Source of the DNA: the human T2T-CHM13v2.0 reference genome, Homo sapiens
Strand: one strand, 5' to 3'
NCBI RefSeq assembly: GCF_009914755.1
Contig: NC_060943.1
Length of the DNA stretch: 64,000 bases
Shown: positions 15,891 to 35,267 of the stretch, piece by piece
How the letters are laid out: every line of letters starts with the position of its first letter
Numbering within the stretch: the stretch's first letter is position 1
Made by a program: the position numbers and the translations under genes
Notes under the pieces: model-generated
Told to the model about the DNA's origin: nothing
The model's database searches: none
Seen by the model: the letters and a program-made list of their open reading frames with translations, nothing else

Positions 15891-16091
15891 CTGCCAAGGG
15901 AGGCTGTGACTGAGCGGGCTACCCAGCCTGGGAAACTGCTTTTTCCATGGAACTGTGCAACCCACAGTTCAGAAGATTCCACTTGTGAACCCTTGCCACT
16001 GGAGCCTGAGATCTGAACCCTGGAGGTGAGCAATTCTCAACAGCCTCTCTCCTAGAATCTGCTTAAGCCTGCCAAGATCCCGGGGGAGGGG
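15891..16091 (+). mobile_element. L1 5'UTR fragment (older L1PA)
   Basis: CCAAGGGAGGC...CTACCCAGCC...GGAACTGTGCAACCCAC...ATTCTCAACAGCCTCTC resembles older L1PA 5'UTRs. It is cut by the HERV-K 5' LTR and does not resume after the 3' LTR. Confidence 0.6.
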
Positions 16092-17075
16092 TGTGGGGAA
16101 AAGAGAGATCAGACTGCTACTGTGTCTATGTAGAAAGAAGTAGACATGAGACTCCATTTTGTTCTGTACTAAGAGAAATTCTTCTGCCTTGAGATGCTGT
16201 TAATCTGTAACCCTAGCCCCAACCCTATGCTTCCTGAGACATGTGCTGTGTTGACTCAAGGTTTAATGGATTTAGGGCTATGCAGGATGAGCTTTGTTAA
16301 AAAAGTGCTTAAAGGCAGTATGCTTGTTAAAAGTCATCACCATTCTCTAATCTCGAGTACCCAGGGACACAATACACTATGGAAGTTGGCAGGGATCTCT
16401 GCCTAGGAAAGTCAGGTATTGTCCAAGGTTTCTCCTCATATAATAGCCTGAGTTATTGCCTCATGGGAAGGGAAAGACCTGACCATCCCCCAGCCTGACC
16501 CCCATAAAGGGTCTGTGCTGAGGAGGATTAGTAAAAGAGGAAGGCCTCTTTGCAGTTGAGACAAGAGGAAGGCATCTGTCTCCTGCTTGTCCCTGGGAAT
16601 GGAATGTCTTGGTGTAAAACCTGATCACACATTCTATTTACTGAGATAGGAGAAAACTGCCTTATGGCTGGAGGTGAGATGTGCTGGCGGCAGTACTGCT
16701 CCTTAATGCACTGAGATGTTTGTGTAAAGTCAAACATAAATCTGGCCTACGTGCACATCAACGCACAGTGTCTTTCCTTAACTTATTTATGACACAGAGA
16801 TCTTTTCTCACGTGTTTTCCTGCTGACCCTCTTCCCACCATTACCCTATAGTCCTGCCACATCCCCCTCTCTGAGATGGTAGAGATAGTGATCAATAAAT
16901 ACTGAGGGAACTCAGAGACCAGTGCCAGCGCGGGTCCTCTGTATGTTGAGTGCCGGTCCCCTGGGCCCACTGTTCTTTCTCTATACTTTGTCTCTGTGTC
17001 TTATTTCTTTTCTCAGTCTCTCATCCCACTTGATGAGAAACACCCACAGGTTTGGAGGGGCAGGACACCCCTTCA
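16092..17075 (+). promoter_or_regulatory. HML-2 5' LTR (older LTR5 variant with extra 23-bp segment)
   Basis: TGTGGGGAAAAG...CCCCTTCA, AATAAA at ~16893, followed by PBS TGGTGCCCAATGTGG. Confidence 0.95.
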
Positions 17076-17077
17076 TC

Positions 17078-17095
17078 TGGTGCCCAATGTGGGTG
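17078..17095 (+). promoter_or_regulatory. Primer binding site (tRNA-Lys)
   Basis: TGGTGCCCAATGTGGGTG starting 2 bp after the 5' LTR. Confidence 0.9.
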
Positions 17096-17181
17096 CTTTT
17101 CTTTAGGTTGAAGGTATGCCAGAGCGTGGTCATTGAGGACAAGTTGATGAGAGATTCCCGAGTACATCTATGGTCAGCCTT

Positions 17182-17190
17182 GCGGTAAGC
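17182..17190 (+). promoter_or_regulatory. HML-2 major splice donor (GCG|GTAAGC; intron starts at 17185)
   Basis: Canonical HML-2 leader donor position upstream of the gag ATG, with intact GTAAG. Confidence 0.85.
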
Positions 17191-17219
17191 TTGTGCGCTC
17201 AGAAGAACCTAGGGTAACA

Positions 17220-19286
17220 ATGGGATAAACTGAAAGTAAATATGCCTCTTAGCTTTATTAAAATTCTTTTAAGAAGAGGGGGAGTTAGAGTCTCTACAGA
17301 AAATCTAATCACGCTACTTCAAACAATAGAACAATTCTGCCCATGGTTTCCAGAACAGGGAACTTTAGATCTAAAAGATTGGGAAAAAATTGGCAAAGAA
17401 TTAAACAAGCAAGTAGGGAGGGTAAAATCATCCCACTTACAGTATGGAATGATTGGGCCCTTATTAAAGCAGCTTTAGAACTGTTTCAAACAGGAGAAGA
17501 TAGTTTCAGTTTCTGATGCCCCTGAAAGCTGTGTAATAGATTGTGAAGAAGAGGCAGGGATAGAATCCTAGAAAGGAACGGAAAGTTCACATTGTAAATA
17601 TGTAGCAGAGTCTGTAATGACTCAGTCAATGCAAAATGTTGACTACAGTCAATTACAGGAGGTAATATATCCTGAAACATTAGAATTAGAAGAAAAAGGT
17701 CCAGAATTAGTGGGGCCATCAGAGTCTAAACCATGATGGCCAACTCCTCTTCCAGCAGTTCAGATGCCTGTAACATTACAACCTCAAATGCAGGTTAGAC
17801 AAGTACAAACCTGAAGAGAATAACAAATAGAGAAAGATAGAGTATCTGTCACAGCAATGCCAATCCAAATACAGTATCCACAATATCAGCTGGTAGAAAA
17901 TAAGACCCAACTGCCAGTAGCCTATCAATACTGGCCGCCAGCCGAACTTCAGTATTGGCCGCCCCTAGAAAATCAGCATGGACAGCCAGGAATGTTTCCA
18001 GCACCACAGGGCAGGGCACTATATCCGCAGCCTCCCACTATGAGACTTAATCCTACATCACCACCTAGTAGACAGGGTGGTGCATTACATAAAATTATTA
18101 AAGCAAGAAAACAAGGAGATATCGAGGCGTGGCAGTTCCCAGTAATATTAGAGCCGATACCACCTGAAGAAGGGGCCCAAGAGGGAGAGCCTCCCCTAGC
18201 TGAGGCCAGATATGAGTCCTTTTCTATAAAAATGCTAAAAGATGTGAAAGAGGGAGTAAAAAGTATGGACTCAACTCCCCTTATTTGAGGACATTATTAA
18301 ATTCCATTGCTCATGGACATAGACTCATTCCTTTTGATTGGGAGATTTTGGCCAAATCATCACTCTCACCCTCTATCTTTTACAATTTAAGACTTTGTGG
18401 ATTGATGGGGTACAAGAACAGGTCCAAAAAAATAGGGCTGCCAATCCTCCAGTTAACATAAATGCAGATCAACTATTAGGAACAGGTCAAAATTGGAGCA
18501 CTACTAATCAACAAGCAATAATGCAAAATGAGGCCATTGAGCAAGTTAGAGCTATCTGCCTTAGGGCCTGGGAAAAAAATCCAAGACCCAGGAACCACTT
18601 GCCCCTCATTCAGTACTATAAGACAAGGCTCTAAAGAGCCCTACCCTGATTTTGTGGCAAGGCTCCAAGATGCTGCTCAAAAGTCAATTACCGGTGAAAA
18701 TGCCCATAAGGTCATAGTGGAGTTGATGGCATATGAAAACACCAATCCTGAGTGTCAATCAGCCATTAAGCCATTAAAAGGAAAAGTCCCAGCAGGATCA
18801 GATGTAATCTCAGAGTATGTAAAATCCTGTGATGGAATTGGAGGAGCTATGCATAAAGCTATGCTTATGGCTCAAGCAGTAATGGGAGTTGCTTTAGGAG
18901 GACAATATTTGGGGGAAATATTATAATTGTGGTCAAATTGGTCATGTAAGAAAGAATTGCCCAGTCTCAAATAAACAAAATATAACAACTCAAGCTACTA
19001 CAACAACAGATAAAGAGCCACCTGGCCTATGTCCAAGATGTAAAAAAGGAAAACATTGGGCTAATCAATGTCATTCTAAAGTTGATAAAAATGGGCAACC
19101 ATTGTCGGGAAATGAGAAGAGGGGCCAGCCTCAGGCCCCGCAAAAAACGGGGCGTTCCCAGTTCAGCCCTTTGTTCCTCAGGGTTTTCAGGGTCAACAAT
19201 GCCCACTGTCACAAGTGCCTCAGGGAATGAGCCAGTTACCACAATACAACAATTGTTCCCCACCACAAGTGGCAGTGCAGCAGTAG
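17220..19286 (+). pseudogene. gag: HML-2 gag, disrupted
   Basis: ATG GGA TAA stops at codon 3. Fragments IEQFCPWFPEQGTLDLKDW (MA) and RQGSKEPYPDFVARLQ (CA) and two CCHC knuckle remnants are visible, with many stops and frameshifts. Confidence 0.95.
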
Positions 19287-20049
19287 ATTTATGTACCATA
19301 CAAGCAGTCTCTCTGCTTCCAGGGGAGCCCCCACAAAAAAATCCCCACAGGGGTATATGGCCCACTGCCTGAGGGGACTGTAGGACTAATCTTAGGAAGA
19401 TCAAGTCTAAATCTAAAGGGAGTTCAAATTCATACTGGTGTGGTTGATTCAGACTACCAAGGCGAAATTCAATTGGTTATTAGCCCTTCAATTCCTTGGA
19501 GTGCCAGTCCAGGAGACAGAATTGCTCAATTATTACTCCTGCCTTATATTAAGGTTGGAAATAGTGAGATAAAAAGAACAAGAGGGTTGGGAAGCACTGA
19601 TCCAACAGGAAAGGCTGCATATTGGGCAAGTCAGGTCTCAGAGAGCGGACCGGTGTGTAAGGCCATTATTCAAAGAAAATAGTTTGAAGGGTTAGTAGAC
19701 ACTGGAGCAGATGTCTCTATCATTGCTTTAAATCAGTGGCCAAAAAATTGGCCTAAACAAAAGACTGTTACAGGACTCATCGGCGTAGGCACAGCCTCAG
19801 AAGTGTATCAAAGTACTATGATTTTACATTGTTTAGGGTCAGATAATCAAGAACGTACTGTTCAGCCAATGATTACTTCGGTTCCTGTTAATCTGTGGGG
19901 TTGAGATTTATTACAACACTGGGATGCAGAAATCACTATGCCCACTCCATTATACAGCCCCATGAATCAAAAAATCATGACTAAGATGGGATATGTACCA
20001 GGAGAGGGACTAGGAAAAAATGAAAATGGCATGAAAGTCCCAATTGAGA

Positions 20050-25297
<5,248 letters not shown>

Positions 25298-26379
25298 AAA
25301 GAAGTAGACATAAGAGACTCCATTTTGTTCTGTACTAAGAGAAATTCTTCTGCCTTGAGATGCTGTTAATCTGTAACCCTAGCCTCAACCCTGTCCTTGC
25401 AGAGACAAGTGCTGTGTTGATTCAAGGTTTAATGGATTTAGGGCTGTGCAGGATTACTTTGTTAAACAAGTGCTTGAAGGCAGCATGCTTGTTGAAAGTC
25501 ATCACCATTCTCTAATCTGAAGTACCCAGGGACACAATACACTGCGGAAGCCCGCAGGGATCCCTGCCTAGGAAAGCCAGGTATTGTCCAAGGGTTCTCC
25601 CCATGTGATAGTCTGAAATATGGCCTTGTGGGAAGGGAAAGACTTGACCATCCCCCAGCCCGACACCCATAAAGGGTCTGTGCCGAGGAGGATTAGTAAA
25701 AGAGGAAGGCCTCTTTGCAGTTGAGATAAGAGGAAGGCATCTGTCCCTGGGCAATGGAATGTCTTGGTGTAAAACCCAATGGTATATTGTATTTACTGAG
25801 ATAGGAGAAAACCGCCTTAGGGCTGGAGGTGAGACGTGCTAGCGGCAATACTCCTCTTCAATGCACCAAGATGTTTATATACGTGCACATCAAGGCACAG
25901 CATCTTTCCTTAAAATTATTTATGACACAGAGACCTTTGTTCACATGTTTTCCTGCTGACCCTCTCCCCACCATTACCCTATTGTCCTGCCACATCCCCT
26001 CTCCAAGATGATAGAGATAATGATCAATAAATACTGAGGGAAGTCAGAGACCAGTGCTGGCGCAGGTCCTCCATATGTTGAGTGCCAGTCCCCTGGGCCC
26101 ACTTTTCTTTCTCTATACTTTGTCTCTGTGTCTCTTTCTTTTCTCAGTCTCTTGTCCCACCTAACGAGAAACACCCACAGGTGTGGAGGGGCTGGCCACC
26201 CCTTTAGCTGTGTGATAGATAAGTAAAAACAGCACCATCTAATTCATAATGGGAAGGGTGTTTCTTTCCATAAACTGTTCCTAGAGTACACAAAGGATGG
26301 AGAATTTTACCAATCACAAATATTTTCCTGGATTATCTATCCATTTTATATTTCCCCATGTATTTTCTTTGTTCTATGC

Positions 26380-26720
26380 ATTTCTTCCATTTGGCTTTTC
26401 CTGGGGTGCATCCTATATATTAAACCAGTAAACATAACTACAGTGTTTTTCTGAGTTCTGTGAGTAGCTCTACCAAATTACTGAACTTCAGGGAGGTTTT
26501 GGGAGTCTCCAGTTTTCAAACAGTGTGTCAGAAGTATAAATGGGCCCATGGGGTTTGTGACTGGCATCTGCAGTGAGGACAAGGTTGTGGGACTGAGCCC
26601 TGAATCAGGGTCTGTGCTGACTCTGGGTGGTGTCAGAATTCAAATGTAAGACAATGAGCTGGTGTTGAAGAATTGTTTGATGTTCAGCAAACTACAGATT
26701 TTGTGCCAGAAAAAGCATAT
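26380..26720 (+). mobile_element. MER21-like LTR fragment
   Basis: TTCTGAGTTCTGTGAGTAGCTCTACCAAATTACTGAAC...GACTGGCATCTGCAGTG...TTGTGGGACTGAGCCC...GTGTCAGAATT. Confidence 0.6.
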
Positions 26721-27264
26721 CATGGAGGCCTGGCCTGGAACAAAACTCTGAGTGTCTGGGAATGGGAGGCTCTGCTCTCCTGCACACAGGCTGTCACGCT
26801 GCCCGTTGTCCTGTGATTCCAGCTCTTCTCCCAGGGTGACAGAGGACTGAAACTTACAGGAAAGGAGCTCTGATGACAGACCCCTTTTCTTTCAACTGCA
26901 TCCACAGGATTCCCACTCACTCACAAACATACATACTAGACATTGATGTGTCCGCACTCCTCCCAGGACTAGGCACCACCCTCAGGAACTTCACCATGGC
27001 ATTTTTGATCCAAATGTTTCTTGCCAAGAACTCACAAGTGTCTACAAGTCTCCTGTCATATCCTCACTCCCAGACATTGAGCCTTGAGCAGCAACCTGTT
27101 TTCTCCACCAACCTAAGGTTCTGGACCTCCTGTTTATAATCTCATCTGCCTGCATTCACACAGAAATAAATCAGAGTACAGCCCCACCTGGGCCACTAGC
27201 TGCAGTGAAAATCAGTCCATTCACCTACATTGCACTCTATCCCATGCAGGGATTTTGTTTTTTT

Positions 27265-29600
27265 CTTTTAGCTTTTATTTTTGGTTCTGTGTACACATGT
27301 GGGATATACAGCTAAAATTATGTCATGGGGGTTTGGTGTGCAGATTATTTTGTCACTGAGGTACTACCCGTAGCACCAAACAGGTCTGTTTTCTCATCCT
27401 CTTAGTCCTCCCACCGTCTACCCTCATCTAGGCCTCAGTGTCTGTTGTTCTCCTCTTTGTGTTTTTGTGTTCTTATTACTTAACTCTTACTTATAAATAA
27501 TAACATGCATTTGGTTTTCACTTTCTGCATTAGTTTTCTTTTATGTTTTTGTTTTGTTTTGATTTTTGAGACAGAGTTTTGCTCTTGTTACCCGGGCTAG
27601 AGTGCGATAGTGCAATCTTGACTTACTGCAACCTTAGCCTCCCAGGTTCAAGCAATTCTCGTGCCTCAGCCTCTTAAGTTGCTGGGATTACAGGTGCATG
27701 CCACTACCCCTGGCTAATTTTGTATTTTTAGTAAAGACAGGGTTTTTCCATGTTAGTCAGGCTGGTCTTAAACTCCCAACCTCAGGTGATTACCCCGCCT
27801 CGGCCTCCCAAAGTGCTGGGATTACAGGTGTGAGCCACCGCTCCCAGCCTCTGAATTAGTTTTCTGAGAATAATGGTCTCTAGCTTCATTGATGTTATTG
27901 GAAAGGACATGATCGTTTTGTTTTTTAATAGACACAGAGTTTTCCATGATGTTTATGTACCATATTTTGTTTTTACTAAATCTTTTATTTTATTTTACTT
28001 TTTTGAGGTAGGGTCTCGCTTATTGCCCAGGCTACAGTGTCATGGCATGATATTGGCTTACTTCAGGGTCAAGCAATTCTCTCCTATCTCATCCTCACAA
28101 GTAGCTGTGAGTTCACATGTGCGTTACCACGTCTGGCCAATTTTTCTTTTTTTTTTTTTGAGGTGGAGTTTCACTCTGTTGCACTCCGTTGGAGTGCAGT
28201 GATGCGATCTCGGCTCACTGCAAGCCCCGCCTCCCGGGTTCATGACATTCTCCTGCTTCAGCCTCCAGAGTAGCTGGGACTACAGGCTCCCGCCACCACG
28301 CCCAGCTAATTTTTTGTATTTTTAGTAGAAACGGGGTTTCACCGTGTTAGCGAGGATGGTCTTGATCGCCTGACCTCGTGATCTGCCTGCCTTGGCCTCC
28401 CAAAGTGCTGGGATGACAGGCATGAGCCACTGCGCCTGATCAATTTTTCTTTTTGTATTTTCCGTGGACACAGGATTTTGCCATGTTGCCCAGGCTGGTC
28501 TCAAACTTCTAAGCTCTGGCAATCCACCTGCCTTGGCCTCCCAAAGTACTGGGATTACAGGCATGAGCCACCAGATCTGACCATACCATATTTTCTTTAT
28601 CCAATCTACTACTCATAGGCATTTAGGGCCTGTCCTTATCTTTGCTATTGTGAATAGTGCTGCAGTGAACATGCATGTGGATGTGTCTTTATAATATAAT
28701 AATTTATATTTCTTTGGTTATATACCCAATTATAAGATTCCTGGGTCAAATGATAATTCTGTTTTTAGTTCTGTGAGGAATCACCACACTGCTTTTTACA
28801 GTTGTTGAACTAATTTACACTCCCTCCAGCAGAGTATAAGCATTCCCTTTTCTCTGCAACCTTGCCAGCATCTGTTATTTATTGACTTTTTAAAAATAGC
28901 CATTCTGACTGGTGTGAGGTGGTGTCTCATTGTGGTTTTTTTAAAAAAAATTTTCTCTAATGATTAGCAATGAGCATTTTTTTCCATATGCTTGTTAGCC
29001 ACATATGTATCTTCTTTTGAAAAGCATCTGTTCATGTATTTTGCCTACTTTTTAATGAGGTTGTTTAGGTTTTTCTTTTAAACTTATTTAAGTTTCTAAT
29101 AAATTCTGGAGATTAGACCTTTGTCAGAGGCAAAACTTGCAAATATTTTCTTTTATTCTGTAGGTTGTCTTTTTCCTCTGTTGATGGTTTCCTTTGCTGT
29201 GAAGAAGGGTTTTAGTTTAAATAGGTCCCATTTGTCAATTTTTGCTTTTGTTGCAATTGCTTTTAGTAGCTTCATCATGAAGTCTTTGCCGGTTTCTGTG
29301 TCTAGAATAGTGTTTCTTAGGTTATCATGCAGGGTTTCTTATAATTTTAAGTTTACATTTAAGTGTTTAATTTATCTTGAGTTGATTTTTGTATATGGTG
29401 TAATGAAGGAATCTAGTTTCAGTCTTCTACATAGTGCTAGGTAGTTATTCCAGCACCATTTATTAAATAGAGAATTCTTGCTACATTCCTCTTGTCAGCT
29501 TTGTCAAAAATCTGATGGTTGTAGGAAGGTGGCATTATTTCTGTGCTCTCTATTCTGTTGCATTGGTCTTGTGCACTCATGGATTTTTTTATAACATCTT
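27265..29600 (-). mobile_element. Old L1 3' portion fragmented by Alus
   Basis: L1 3'UTR at 27265-27540 and 27850-27975. ORF2 end at 28590-29600, an inverted paralog of 9920-10890. Confidence 0.8.
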
Positions 29601-29652
29601 TGTCTCTTCTTTTTTTTTTTTTTTTGAGACAGAGTTTCGCTCTGTCGCTTAG

Positions 29653-29814
<162 letters not shown>

Positions 29815-30828
29815 TAGTCTCGATCTCCTGACCTCTTGATCCACCCACCTCGGCCTCCCAAAGTGCTGGGATTACAGGCGTGATCCACCGCGCCCGGCCT
29901 CTTCTCCTTTTTCTCCATAACCATTCTTTGAAGTGCATACAGTGTTCAAAATTCAGATGCCCAAGAGTTCAAAAACTCTTTAAAAAGTTTGAAAACAAAT
30001 TTTGCTATTCTCTCTGCTTTTAAGGGATTCAGATTATATGCAGATATTTTTCTCTGCTTTTTTGAAATATATGCAAGCGATATTAACAGCTAAATAAATC
30101 TTTTGTTATTTTTTATGACTCCAGATTTTCTTTTTCTGGTACTTCAGATTTATTGCTTTGTTTTAGCTTCTGAAAAGTTTATTTTTTTCATTTTTAGTCC
30201 TTTAAAGTAGACACAGATTTGTTTAGATAAAAGCTAATTTAAGAGCACACAGAAGCTTAGCACAAAGATAAAATTAAATTTAGCAATACAGAATGATAAA
30301 CACTAAAAGATACTAAATTTTTTTGACAGAAACCTGATTATCCAAGGAAATTATCCAATATTTGCAGACTGAAGTACTTATACTGGAAAAACAAGAACAG
30401 TTCAGTGCATAAACTGAACAGTGGAGTCTGTAGTTGTACCTTGCTTTCAATTTATTACTTCAGAACAATTAGCATCATTATGTGTAGTGTTTGTAGACAA
30501 CCTGCATTCATATAAATAAAACAGTATTTTCTTTTTTTCAGACAGAGTCTCACTCTGTTGCCCAGGCTGGAGTGTAGTGGCATAATATAAAGCCCTACCA
30601 TCTTGGTCAGGCTGGTCTCAAACTCCTGATGTCATGATCTACCAACGTTATTCTTCCAAAGTGCTAGGATTACAAGTGTGAGCCACCACATCTGGCCATA
30701 TAATTTCTACTTCTTTTACTTTACTAAGTGTACATATTTATTTTCTAATAAAATTACCTAAGAAAGGCTGGGCATTGTTGCTCATGTCTGTAATCCTCGC
30801 ACTTTGTGGGACTGAGGCAGGTGGATCA

Positions 30829-31083
<255 letters not shown>

Positions 31084-34000
31084 TTAAAGGATTTGTTTAA
31101 ACTGTGTATTAGTATGTAGTATAAATTTGACAGGGCAGTGGCTAGAAAATATTAAAATTACAGAAACTCTGGGATTTAAGTTTTTTTTTTTTTTTTTGGT
31201 AAGCTTAGAAAAAACAAAACTACTAGTACTGCAGTGGCATAGACACCAGAATTCTATGTAGGGTTGCCACCTTGCCGCAGATCTGTTCAGATTCACCCTT
31301 TTTGGAGGACTTATTTAGTTCTGATCCTACCTTGGAGTCCTGCCTCAGATAACTGATTAGAAGAGATCAGAGTTTTGGCTGGTGAATCCTGTTGCCTTTC
31401 TAGAGCTGGTGCTTACAATTTCCTGAAAGCCAAAAGCTGATAAATGGGATAAATAAGGTATATATTTTAGGGTGCTACTATTTAAATGTTCTATTAAAAC
31501 CAGTGCTTGCAGAGACATTGTATTTAGAAACTTGTTTTCTATTTCTGCAGATACAGTACTTGCTCCATAAGTCACAAAAAAGTAAATATAAACAGAATAA
31601 AATCGTGTCTAAACTACATTAACCTCTTTTTATATCTGTTTCATCTGCCTATATTTAGCTTTTATTCTTTATAATTTTTTAAAAAATTTGATGACAGAGA
31701 AACACAAGAAGAAATAAAAATGCTGGGCCCTTTATCTAAATCCTGGAAATTATTAAACCCTTAGTACCAGCTCCCATGGTGTTATGAGAATTAAATCACA
31801 TAATGTGTTATGCCCAGCACAGTGCTCTGTATCACACTCTTGAGCACATAGTACCTGCTTAATAAACATTGCATTAGTACATGTGTACATGTTGTTTTTT
31901 AAATCCAGACTTATTCAGACATTGCTGCATTCTGTTTCCTCTGTAAACTTTAAAGAGCCAGCAAAGAATATAAAACTTTAACATGGAGATGGATTGTTCT
32001 TGTTTGTACCAGAAGTATTTGGTTGCAACAAGAGTGCTGAGTGTAAGGGACCCTGTGCTGTGCCTGCTTCTGTAACTAATGGTAATAATGAACCAATGGG
32101 GAGCAACACCAGCATTTATAGGGGATTGTTTAAAACACCCATTCATGGACGCTTTTCAAACCTGCAGAATCACATTACATAAAGTGGGGCCAAAATTACC
32201 AAGTGATTTATAGGCTCTTTAAAGCTTGAGAGGCAATAATTAGCTTAGGGATTATCAGCCCAGGCTTCTCATTAGGATCAAATGGCCAATTTGCAGAAAT
32301 CTCTTGTGCCCTCCCCACAGCTTCTGTTTATTGTTCTGGGTGGAAGCATCCATGTTGTTTTAATGAAGGGCCTCATGTGAATCTGAGGTGAGACCAGAAT
32401 CTGGTATGAGGATTTCAAAATACATTCATGAGAGTTAAGTTCCACCTTTGGACTAAAGGGTGGTCACAGGGCCTGTTCTCTTTGGGTTTAGTAGGGACAG
32501 GTCAGTGTGGTGCATATTTCCATTACTGTAGCAGAAATTGCTGGTGTCTGTGGCAGGGGAGGGCACCTCAGGACAGGAAAGGAGAAACTTATATTTTCAT
32601 CTTCATGGAGCAGCTCATTGTTTCTGAATCTCTTCTGTTTTAAAGGACAGAAATGGGTGGATTTTTCTGTCTTTTTCTGCTGGTTGATGTTACGCTAGCT
32701 GGTAAACATGTGGCACTGACACCTTTAAAGGCATATTCTCAAGATGCAGGGGTAATTTTTTTAGAGAATCTCATCTGAGAAGGAATTCCAGAGAAGTAGG
32801 AGATAGAAAAAACAAAAAAGGCTTTTCTTCAGGTAAACATGCCTCAGCTGAAATGCTGTGTCCACTCTGCCTCCTGGAATGCCATGCATTTAGTACTTGC
32901 AAACTTTTATTTCTCTACTTGTGTTTTTCCTTCCTAAGTAGTTTGGTTTAAGTACTTCTTAAAATTCTTATGATAGTCAAGGGTCTCTGAAAAATGTTTC
33001 TTTCCTGTATCCCAGAGCCTTCTCTTCTTTCTCTACACAATAACTTCTTATATGCCATGCAGATTTTTCAACAAGTATTCATGATTTGCAATATTAAAAA
33101 TGTTCCCTTTCTGGCTGTTGAACATGGAAAGATGTGGATACTCAAGATTTCTATTGGGGAAAACTGTGGTCCTTAGTAAAGATGGAGAACATGTAAAGTT
33201 GAGGCTCTATTCCTGTGTTCCATTAGCTGTATGCAGAACAGGATTAAGAAATTGCTTATATATGTCAGGTGTGGTGGCTCATGCCTGTAATCCCAGCACT
33301 TTGGGAAGTCGAGGTGGGAAGGCCACCTGAGATCAGGAGTTTGAGACCAGTCTGGCCACCATGGTGGAACCCTGTCTCTACTAAAAATACAAAAATTAGC
33401 CAGGCTTGTTGGCAGGTGCCTGTAATCCCAGCTACTCATGAGGCTGAGGCAGGAGAACCACCTGAACCCAGGAGGTGGAAGTTGCAGTCAGCCAAGATTG
33501 CACCATTGCACTCCAGCCTGGGGGACAAGAGTGAGACTTCATCTCAAAAAAAAAAAAAAAAAAAATTGCTCATTTAAATGTGATGGCATTTATTACTCAG
33601 AAATTTCTGAAAAAAATTATTAGGAGATACCTGCTCTCTAGGGTGCTAAATGAAGCCGACTTAAAATTACTACTAAAAATTACAGAGCATAGGATTTATC
33701 TGTATTTTGTGGTTTCCATAAAACAAATGATTCTTTATGATTAAATTCAGATTTTACTTACTTTTTTAAAAGAGGAATATTTCAACAGTGATGCTGTGTT
33801 CTGTGTGCATTAGCACATCATAAAAATTAGTCCTAATGCAGTTAATGATTCACTTGCTTAAATAGCCCTCTGGCAGATTTTTTCACTATGTAGCTAGTTA
33901 TTTTTCTCTTCATTATTAAGTATGTTTATGCAGCTGATGTGCATAAACCATCACATTTAATCTGGCAGCTGTCCTTTTTTCTTATTTTTATCTATATATT

Positions 34001-34453
34001 TTTCTTTGGAAAATGAAGGTTCTTATCTTTGTTTACAGGTCAGAAAAACTGGGAAAAACACAGGCTCTTCCACTTACTGGCTGTTTGACAAAATATCCTC
34101 CTTCTTTGGCCAAAAACATTGACATTATTGATGAGCTTGTTAGAAATTCAAAAAATCAGACTTTATTCCAGATCTTCTGGAAAAAAAAACCCTGTATAAC
34201 AAGGTATTCAGCTTATTGCACATATTAAAATTTGAGAAGTGTCTTCTAACTCAACATGTCATTTTCATCTGAAAAATATTCACAACTCTTTCCATATGAT
34301 GTAAATATAGCACTCAAAAATGTACCTGTTCATGTTCATGCCCTTAAATTTATACTTTATTATCTAGAAAAATATATGAACTGATGTTGTGGATCTTATG
34401 CTTCTCTTTTTTCTCAGAGTTAGAGAATATTTTGGAGAGTATTTCTGTGTTGA

Positions 34454-34735
<282 letters not shown>

Positions 34736-35023
34736 TAATTCATAATATACACAAAAGGTTTATTTCTCTTTTTTGTAGAATGTGTTTTAGTAATTTGTTC
34801 TTTTTATAAATGAGTTTCAGATCCAGTTTTTCAAGAAAATCTTCAGAATTTGTGCATTTAGAAAAGAATTACTTCCGTGCCTCATGCCTGTAATCCCAGC
34901 ACTTTGGGAGGCTGAGGCGGGGGATTACCTGAGGCCAGGAGCTTGAGACCAGCCTGGCCAACTAACGAAAGTACAAAAAATTAGCTGGGGGCTGTGGCAC
35001 ACACCTGTAACCCCAGCTACTTA

Positions 35024-35158
<135 letters not shown>

Positions 35159-35267
35159 TCAACATGTTTCATCTAAATATAAACTTTCCACATTTCTGAG
35201 TTGAGTTGTATTTTTCACTCTAAATTAGTGGTAATTCCAGAAATTTATTGACATAAAATATTGCAAC

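Noticed and set aside
15650-15900. Intact ZNF promoter or exon 1 on the minus strand
   Set aside because: Only the intron-1 5' segment is present. The sequence switches to an L1 5'UTR at 15891, before the expected ATG|GT exon end.
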